Shown in pieces: positions 1 through 5,339 of a DNA stretch of 5,339 nt (position 1 is the first letter of the stretch; the number at the start of each line of letters is the position of its first letter). Under the pieces are notes generated by a model, which worked only from the letters and a program-made list of their open reading frames with translations, had not been told where the DNA came from and searched no databases. A program made the translations under genes and the position numbers. Origin of the DNA: Octopus sinensis (taxonomy: Eukaryota); contig NW_021830039.1 of NCBI RefSeq assembly GCF_006345805.1, positions 1 through 5,339 on the forward strand, in the 5' to 3' direction.

Positions 1-232
1 TAGTATATTGTGCAAAAATATTTACAACTAGTTGTTCAGTATCCAAAGTTTATGTTATGCTAACTGTAAACAATTTTAAACAACATTATAATCAACATAG
101 ACATGCTTTGTGTAATCTATAAGCTTATAAAATGAATATGGTCGTTTAAAATAACAGGAGCGTAAAATTCTTTGTAATATATTACAACACTCCAAACCTT
201 CTAAACAGTGTACAGATAGTTACAAAAACAGT

Positions 233-255
233 TAGATAGATAGATAGATAGATAT

Positions 256-307
<52 letters not shown>

Positions 308-332
308 GGGACAGAGAGATAGACAGATAGAT
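233..332. repeat. (GATA)n microsatellite, near-perfect 233-307, degenerate to ~332
   Basis: Direct reading of tandem TAGA/GATA units. Confidence 0.97.
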
Positions 333-566
333 ATACATATTTATATATACATATATACATATGTGTGTGTGTCTATATATATAATTATATACATATTTAT
401 ATATATATATATAAATATATACATATTTACGTATATATATATATATATACATATTTATATATACATATTTATATATACATATATATATACATATTTATAA
501 ATACATATATGTATATACATATGCTTGTATGTATGTATGTATGTATGTATGTATGTATGTATGTAT
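333..566. repeat. Degenerate (TA)/(TACA) low-complexity tract followed by (GTAT)10 at 527-566
   Basis: Direct reading of the sequence. Confidence 0.95.
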
Positions 567-595
567 AACAACAATACTAGTAATAATAATAATAA

Positions 596-878
596 ATCAA
601 AAAAATAGGAGAGCGGGTAAATGAACATTGGAGAGAACTCAAGGAAGGTAAAAGCTCATCGATTCTATACCAATACGCCTTACAGGAACACGGGGGATCA
701 ATCAACAACATAGAAATTAAAATATTGTCCAGACATAGAACAGATGCAACAATCAGACAAATTACAGAAGCTACACACATAATAGAAAATAAACCTAGCC
801 TGAATGGGAAACTAGAATGGAACACTAGCACATACCACAACATATGACGGTAGAGGATCCCAATAAACTGGTTACAAT
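596..878 (+). mobile_element. Penelope-like element (PLE) 3' fragment: C-terminal half of the GIY-YIG endonuclease plus short 3' UTR, 5'-truncated
   Basis: ATG-less open frame 596-847 reads IKKIGERVNEHWRELKEGKSSSILYQYALQEHGGSINNIEIKILSRHRTDATIRQITEATHIIENKPSLNGKLEWNTSTYHNI*. It matches the PLE endonuclease pattern R-x2-EH ... L-x2-H/Y-x4-H ... IL ... R-x2-EA-x2-I-x4-PSLN-x3-EW. The N-terminal GIY/YIG motifs are absent. AATAAA lies at 862-867. Family recognised from motif knowledge, not from a search. Confidence 0.85.
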
Positions 879-1098
879 GCGTGACACATTTCTCATTATT
901 CTGATGAGGTCTGCCATTAAAATATTGAATTTGGCATTGTCCGCAATGGCTGAGTTCCGGTGGATCAAGTATTTTGAGGCCATAGGTTTGGCATAGTACG
1001 AATGAAGGATTTGGGTTTTATTATTCACAATTTCTAGTCAGAGTTCTGTGTCTAGTACTGGTAGTCTATGGTTGGGGTGTTTAGTCTATTGTGACCTT
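879..1098 (-). mobile_element. Penelope-like element reverse transcriptase C-terminal/thumb fragment (pseudogenised)
   Basis: Minus-strand translation: KVTID (1098-1084), frameshift, then KHPNHRLPVLDTEL*LEIVNNKTQILHSYYAKPMASKYLIHRNSAIADNAKFNILMADLIRIMRNVSR. LPVLD (1064-1050) matches the LPFLD RT motif; YAKPMAS (995-975) and RNVSR (893-879) match the PLE Y-x-KP...S...R-x2-RN-x-S thumb region. There is an in-frame TGA at 1040-1038. Confidence 0.85.
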
Positions 1099-1430
1099 AT
1101 ATATATAAAGCTGAAGTTGTTTGTGTATGGCAGGTTTGGTAGCCTTCAACTAACACTATCTCCTCCAAGACCCTGCGGCGCAAGTTGACCAAAATTGAGA
1201 GTATGATAGAAGGCTTGTTCTTCCTTCCATAGAAGAAAAATTCAAATTGGACGATATTAACACCAAAAATTTTTTACATCAAAAAGGTGCTTTTTTCTAT
1301 GAAAGTCCCTATTTTTTACGATTTTTTTACTGCTGTGTCACCATTTTTCGGTGTCTTTCAACCAGAAAAATGTTCACTTAAAGAGAATAACAAGCTACAT
1401 AATGCAAAATTTTTACTTTTCAAAAATTCA
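1097..1430 (+). mobile_element. Probable non-autonomous Helitron-like element, 5' and internal portion, no canonical 3' terminus
   Basis: It begins TATATATATAAAGCTGAAGTTGTTTGTGT, resembling the TCTATA...TATAAAGCTGAAG-(TTTG)n 5' ends of Lep1-type Helitrons. It cuts off the PLE RT fragment abruptly and has no coding capacity. The canonical 5' TC is not intact and no 3' hairpin+CTRR is seen. Confidence 0.45.
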
Positions 1431-1530
1431 GGGTCGATGAAATAAGTACCAGTTACGCACTCGGGTCGATGTAATCGACTAATCCCCTTCTTCAAAATTT
1501 CAGGTTTTGTGCCTATAGTAAAAAGTATTA
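1431..1530 (+). mobile_element. 3' half of a tRNA-derived SINE (same family as 3061-3281 and 3306-3448)
   Basis: GGGTCGATGAAATAAGTACCAGTTACGCACTCGGGTCGATGTAATCGACTAATCCCC aligns by eye with 3180-3242 and with the reverse complement of 3306-3365. The Pol III head is missing. Confidence 0.85.
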
Positions 1531-1583
1531 AGCGTGATTTAGTAGTGATTCTGTGCCAACACACTTTCTCTGTTATTACAGGT

Positions 1584-1772
1584 GAAGGCGATTGGTTTAG
1601 TGGTTAACGGTATTCGGTTCACTCTCCTAAGTTCGTGTATTCGATTCCCAGCGGTGTGTTGTGTCCTTGAGCAAGGCACTTTATTTCACCTTGCTCCACT
1701 TAAGTTCACGATCAGGCTTTTCCGTTGATTGGATCAACTGGCATCCTCGTCGCCGTAACCGATGACTGCCGT
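1584..1772 (+). mobile_element. tRNA-derived SINE with CORE-like segment (octopus-type family)
   Basis: A-box-like TGGTTTAGTGG at 1593-1603 and degenerate B-box ATTCGATTCCC at 1639-1649. TGTGTCCTTGAGCAAGGCACTTTA (1660-1683) resembles the MIR/CORE motif TGTGACCTTGGGCAAGTCACTTAA. The 3' part (1713-1772) matches the reverse complement of 5278-5339. Confidence 0.8.
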
Positions 1773-1859
1773 TTTTCTATATTATTACATAGTAGAATTC
1801 TCCGTAGAAATTTCACATTATATAAATTCTTAATTCCGTTCTAATGCATGAATAGATAT

Positions 1860-2089
1860 ATAAACTGCCTTCATGTTGTTTCATTGTTTTAAATATTTTT
1901 ATATGTCTCCGATGATTTTCCGCAGTTAATATTTTGAAAATAAAACCTTCCAGCTTGTTTCAATATGTTAAACATTTCAAGTGTGTCATCGATGTCCTTC
2001 CATAGTTAAGATTTTTGAAAGTAAAGCCTTCAAATTTTCTTTTAGAATGTTAAATAATTCAGTTATGCCTTTGACTTCTTTCATAGTTG
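1860..2089 (-). repeat. Degenerate three-copy tandem repeat with ~80-81 bp period
   Basis: Anchors CATAGTTG (2082-2089), CATAGTTA (2001-2008) and CGCAGTTA (1921-1928) are spaced 81 and 80 bp apart. The units share TTTTGAAA, CCTTC and ATGTTAAA segments. Confidence 0.7.
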
Positions 2090-2149
2090 AAAGACGTTGA
2101 ATGCATAACACGCATGACAAACACGATATTATTATTGACCACTAAAGAA

Positions 2150-2215
<66 letters not shown>
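2150..2215. repeat. (ATT)22 microsatellite
   Basis: Perfect trinucleotide run, 66 bp. Confidence 0.98.
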
Positions 2216-2510
2216 GCCTTTGCTCAGATTCTAATCCTGGAGATGTACGACGGTGTAAACTGTTCACTACCAGTGAACTAGGGTAACACCTCTTATTTTT
2301 CGAGCACCACACGGAGTATTCGAGCGGTTCCAAGCAGTGCTGATTTCTGCAATTGCTCCACCCTTATTGCAGCCCCTATGTGTTCCATGTACTCCTCAAG
2401 ATTTTTACTCACTGTTCTCAGGGCTCCGACAATTATTGGTATTACTACCACCTTTTTTTATCGACCACAACTGCTTAACCTCCAAAGCTAACCTGTCATA
2501 TCTATCGACT
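2216..2510 (-). mobile_element. R4/Dong-clade non-LTR retrotransposon 3' fragment A (end of restriction-like endonuclease domain plus 3' UTR)
   Basis: Minus strand reads VDRYDRLALEVKQLWSIK, frameshift in the T7 run at 2453-2459, then KVVVIPIIVGALRTVSKNLEEYMEHIGAAIRVEQLQKSALLGTARILRVVLEK* (stop 2295-2293). This fits the K-x2-KY-x2-L...W...VIP-x3-GALG...LQK-x3-LGTARILR-x-VL end of R4/Dong ORFs. The 77-bp 3' UTR contains the hairpin GTTCACT-ACC-AGTGAAC (2262-2278) and ends directly in (AAT)n. Confidence 0.88.
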
Positions 2511-2511
2511 T

Positions 2512-2596
2512 TTCTTCTTCTTCTTCTTCTTCTTCTTCTTCTTCTTCTTCTTCTTCTTCTTCTTCTTCTTCTTCTTTCTTCTTCTTCTTCTTCTTT

Positions 2597-2646
<50 letters not shown>

Positions 2647-2667
2647 ATTATTATTATCATCAACATT

Positions 2668-2705
<38 letters not shown>
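2512..2705. repeat. Compound microsatellite (TTC)n 2512-2595, (ATT)n ~2599-2655, (CAT)n ~2656-2705
   Basis: Direct reading of the sequence. Confidence 0.97.
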
Positions 2706-3056
2706 TTTCCGATTGCATTGCATTTAATTTCATCTTCTGACCGAATCTCAACCTAAGACCTAAGGCAGAAAGAAACTTCCTGAGAATGTGAGCAGCAACA
2801 CAGTCAACACAGATTTTTTAGTTTCATAGATTGTTGGTTTCCCAGGGATCCGATCAAAAAGCTTTCTAATTGCCACGTCTTAGATATCTCAATCTCAAAG
2901 TCCTTATATTTGGACAGTTTTTTAAATTCTTTTGCTGAAATGTTTCTATCAGAAGGTACTGTCATGTCAATTAACGGACATGTTTTTTTAGGTCTTTGAT
3001 GACGATGTCCGGTCGTTTATTATTTATTTGCCTGTGTGTATGTATCCCATAATCCT
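2706..3056 (-). mobile_element. R4/Dong-clade non-LTR retrotransposon 3' fragment B, including the RLE catalytic PD...D...K motif region (frameshifted, internally deleted)
   Basis: Minus strand reads LWD (3052-3044), RPDIVIKD (from 3015), frameshift in the T7 run at 2983-2989, then KTCPLIDMTVPSDRNISAKEFKKLSKYKDFEIEISKTWQL. After an apparent deletion/frameshift it reads DRIPGKPTIYETKKSVLT, then AAHILRKFLS (2796-2767). The 3' UTR ends in (GAT)n/(AAT)n. Confidence 0.88.
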
Positions 3057-3060
3057 GTAG

Positions 3061-3281
3061 GATGGTGGTGAGCTGGCGGAATCGTAAGCACGCCGAGCAA
3101 CATGCTTAGCTGTATTTCATCGGTCTTTACGTTCTGAATTCAAATTCCGCCGAGGTCATCTTTGACTTTCGCCTGTTTGGGGTGATACAATAGATACCAG
3201 TTATGCACTAGGGCTCAATGTAATCGACTTACCCTCTCCCCCGAAACCGTTGACCTTCTGTCAAAATTTCAACCATTATTA
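3061..3281 (+). mobile_element. Near full-length tRNA-derived SINE (octopus-type; subfamily not assigned)
   Basis: A-box TGGCGGAATCG at 3074-3084 and degenerate B-box ATTCAAATTCC at 3138-3148. The body is shared with 1431-1530 and 3306-3448, and it ends in a short ATT tail. It resembles the tRNA-derived SINEs described from Octopus (OK/OR1/OR2 group), from memory. Confidence 0.88.
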
Positions 3282-3305
3282 CAAATGGTTTCCTTAATTT
3301 TTAAT

Positions 3306-3448
3306 GGAGAATGGGTAAGTCGATTACATTAGCCTTAGTGCTCAACTGGTACTTATTTTATCGATCACCAAAGGACGAAAGGCAAAGTCTACCCCGGTGG
3401 AATTTGAACCCAAAATATAAAGATGCCGCTTAGCATTTTGCTGCCGGC
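3306..3448 (-). mobile_element. Truncated copy of the same SINE family, inverted relative to 3061-3281
   Basis: The reverse complement has an intact B-box GGTTCAAATTCC (3410-3399), then GATAAAATAAGTACCAGTTGAGCAC and AATGTAATCGACTTACCC. The A-box is missing. Confidence 0.88.
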
Positions 3449-3668
3449 TCCACGCCCCAATCGGGTATATTAATATTTCGACTGTTGGATTGTTAGCCAA
3501 AGTTCATGTTTCTAAAATCCGATCTAATTCATTTCTTTAATCCACATTTGAATGATTTTGCTGAATACAACCACCACCTATTTAGTAAACATGCACCAGT
3601 AGACACGAACTAGCGTAAAATCACACTGAAAATTAATACTATCCTGCCCCACCCGGCGTAACGGTCTT

Positions 3669-3744
3669 ATACACACACACACACATATTCATATACATAT
3701 ACACGTGCGCGCGCACACACACACACACAGATATATATATATAT
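3669..3744. repeat. Mixed (CA)n/(GC)n/(TA)n dinucleotide microsatellite
   Basis: Direct reading of the sequence. Confidence 0.95.
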
Positions 3745-3893
3745 AACCAACTTTCACATGTAGCAGGCTTGATAATTGTCAAGAGATTCCCTCTACATGA
3801 AACTATCGGCAGCCTTGACAACCCACAAATATAGAATATTCATGCAGCAGTGCAGTGTTGATCACAGATTCTCATTGTTCGATAGAAGCGTGT

Positions 3894-3894
<1 letters not shown>

Positions 3895-3948
<54 letters not shown>
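3895..3948. repeat. (GATA)n microsatellite
   Basis: Perfect tetranucleotide run. Confidence 0.97.
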
Positions 3949-3949
<1 letters not shown>

Positions 3950-4090
3950 GTTTCTTTATTGGCCACACAGGGCTGCACACAGATGGGACAAGTTACAAGG
4001 TAGAGCTTTTCTTTTGGGGGATGAAAAAAACAAAAAACAAAAGACAAAAAAAAAGGTTGGCGTAGGTTTTCGATCAAGAGGGATCGTAAA
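3949..4090 (-). mobile_element. Probable 3' end (3' UTR) of a LINE whose tail runs into (TATC)n
   Basis: The minus strand reads ...TTGTAACTTGTCCCATCTGTGTGCAGCCCTGTGTGGCCAATAAAGAAAC then (TATC)n. AATAAA is at 3960-3955, a T-rich UTR-like tract lies upstream, and GATA arrays flank both sides. No diagnostic protein motif was found. Confidence 0.4.
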
Positions 4091-4175
4091 AGGGAAGAAA
4101 AGAACAAAAAAAAAGAAAAAGAATTAAAAAAAAAGAAAAAGAAAAGGAAAAGGAACAAAAGAAAAGAGAAATGAA

Positions 4176-4219
4176 AGATAGATATATAGATAGATAAATA
4201 GATAGACAGACAGACAGAC

Positions 4220-4290
<71 letters not shown>

Positions 4291-4324
4291 CAAACAGGCA
4301 GATAATTGATAGCTAGATAGATAT

Positions 4325-4379
<55 letters not shown>

Positions 4380-4450
4380 CCTGTGTGTGTTTATATACAT
4401 GTATATATATATATGTGTGTGTGTATGTATATGGATCTCTATATATATAA
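4176..4450. repeat. Compound (GATA)/(GACA)n 4176-4355, (GA)n to 4379, then (TG)/(TA) tract
   Basis: Direct reading of the sequence. Confidence 0.95.
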
Positions 4451-4621
4451 TTATGGATGCCTGATTTTTCTCACGTTTCCTCGTCTTCCTCACTTTTCTA
4501 TCGCCTCCATCATTTTTTTATCACACATTGAGTAATTTTAAGTTCCATGACATTTCTCTCCAAAAGGCATTTTTACACCACTCATGGAAGTCACAATGGG
4601 TGTGCCTGAATGTGTGTTTGA

Positions 4622-4664
4622 ATGTATGTATGTATATATATATATATATATTATCTATATATAT

Positions 4665-4738
<74 letters not shown>

Positions 4739-4790
4739 AATATATATATATATATATTATATTATATATATATATGTATGTATGTATGTA
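4622..4790. repeat. (TA)n-dominated tract with a perfect run at 4668-4734, bounded by (TATG)n
   Basis: Direct reading of the sequence. Confidence 0.97.
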
Positions 4791-4791
4791 T

Positions 4792-5204
4792 TCTCTTTTT
4801 CTCTTTTTATTTTGTTTCAGTCATATGACTGCGGCCATGCTGGAGCACCGCCTTTAGTCGAACAAATCGACCCCGGGACTTATTCTTTGTAAGCCCAGTA
4901 CTTATTCTATCGGTCTCTTTTGCCGAACCGCTAAGTGACGGGGACGTAAACAAACCAGCATCGGTTGTCAAGCGATGTTGGGGCGACAAACACAGACAAA
5001 CAAACATATACACACTCATACATATATATATACATAAATACGACAGGCTTCTTTCAGTTTCCGTCTACCAAATCCACTCACAAGGCATTGGTCGGCCCGA
5101 GGCTATAACAGAAGACACTTGCCCAAGATGCCACGCAGTGGGACTGAACCCGGAACTATGTGGTTGGTAAGCAAGCTCCTTACCACACAGCCACTCCTGC
5201 GCTT
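4792..5204 (-). mobile_element. Full-length tRNA-derived SINE with CORE-like segment and internal microsatellite (octopus-type)
   Basis: A-box TGGCTGTGTGG (5195-5185), B-box GGTTCAGTCCC (5150-5140) and CORE-like CTTGGGCAAGTGTCTT (5127-5112). There is an internal TG/TA simple repeat at ~4986-5040, a terminal palindrome CAGTCATATGACTG (4818-4831) and an AAAAAGAG-type tail. Confidence 0.9.
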
Positions 5205-5205
5205 A

Positions 5206-5277
5206 TGTATGTATGTATGTATGTATATGTAAGTTTATATGTGTGTATATGTGTGTATATTTATTGATAGATATATA
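5206..5277. repeat. (TATG)n / (TG,TA) low-complexity tract
   Basis: Direct reading of the sequence. Confidence 0.9.
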
Positions 5278-5339
5278 ACTGGCACACCGTAGGTTACGAA
5301 GACGACTGTTCCAGTTGATCCGATCAATGGAACAGCCTG
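5278..5339 (-). mobile_element. 3' end of a SINE of the same family as 1584-1772, cut by the window edge
   Basis: The reverse complement CAGGCTGTTCCATTGATCGGATCAACTGGAACAGTCGTCTTCGTAACCTACGGTGTGCC aligns with CAGGCTTTTCCGTTGATTGGATCAACTGGCATCCTCGTCGCCGTAACCGATGACTGCC at 1713-1770. Confidence 0.85.

Noticed and set aside
201-568. ORFs 201-452 (-) and 365-568 (+)
   Set aside because: They are translations of GATA/TA/TATG microsatellites (YI, YLSI and CMYV repeats).
577-843. 88-aa minus-strand ORF
   Set aside because: It is the antisense shadow of the Penelope endonuclease frame on the + strand.
901-908. CTGATGAG hammerhead ribozyme core next to a Penelope 3' end (PLEs often carry hammerheads)
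   Set aside because: There is no downstream stem II + GAAA. The motif is simply the antisense of the Leu-Ile-Arg codons (CTC ATC AGA) of the minus-strand RT fragment.
1565-1581. Acceptor-like TTTCTCTGTTATTACAG just before the CORE-like SINE (possible exonisation)
   Set aside because: There is no convincing downstream donor or ORF, and such motifs arise by chance in AT-rich DNA.
2087-2751. Poly-I, poly-L, poly-E/K/N/D ORFs (2087-2281, 2337-2645, 2488-2751, 2502-2723)
   Set aside because: The homopolymers come from trinucleotide microsatellites. The real coding remnants are in other, frameshifted minus frames (R4/Dong).
3638-3666. GC-rich CTATCCTGCCCACCCGGCGTAACGGTC, faintly like a degenerate Helitron 3' end on the minus strand
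   Set aside because: It has no proper hairpin or CTAG terminus and no recognisable Helitron body beside it, so the match is too weak.
3639-5019. ORFs 3639-3821, 3862-4293, 4074-4493, 4528-4857, 4622-4828, 4807-5019
   Set aside because: They are dominated by microsatellite or SINE sequence with no recognisable domain.
233-5339. CRISPR array, functional tRNA genes or a prokaryotic or novel multi-gene system
   Set aside because: There is no repeat-spacer structure and no operon-like ORFs. The tRNA-like heads are SINE Pol III promoters without full cloverleaves.

Overview
This is eukaryotic, AT-rich, repeat-saturated non-coding DNA, most likely from an octopus or related cephalopod. That assignment is inferred from the recognisable tRNA-derived SINE families and the dense GATA/TATG/TAA/TA microsatellites. 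No intact host gene is supported, and nearly all supplied ORFs are microsatellite artefacts or off-frame reads of transposon remnants. Manual translation shows decayed retroelement pieces the ORF track misses. A Penelope-like GIY-YIG endonuclease C-terminus (+, 596-847) is fused tail-to-tail to a Penelope RT/thumb fragment (-, 879-1098). Two different R4/Dong-clade restriction-like-endonuclease LINE 3' fragments lie in tandem (-, 2216-2510 and 2706-3056), embedded in TAA/GAT microsatellite. There are also six SINE copies or fragments from three families, a probable Helitron-like 5' portion spliced onto a SINE 3' half, a probable LINE tail inside a GATA array, and an unexplained ~81-bp three-copy repeat with possible coding ancestry. 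I see no novel multi-gene system. The recurring theme is retroelements inserted into simple repeats.
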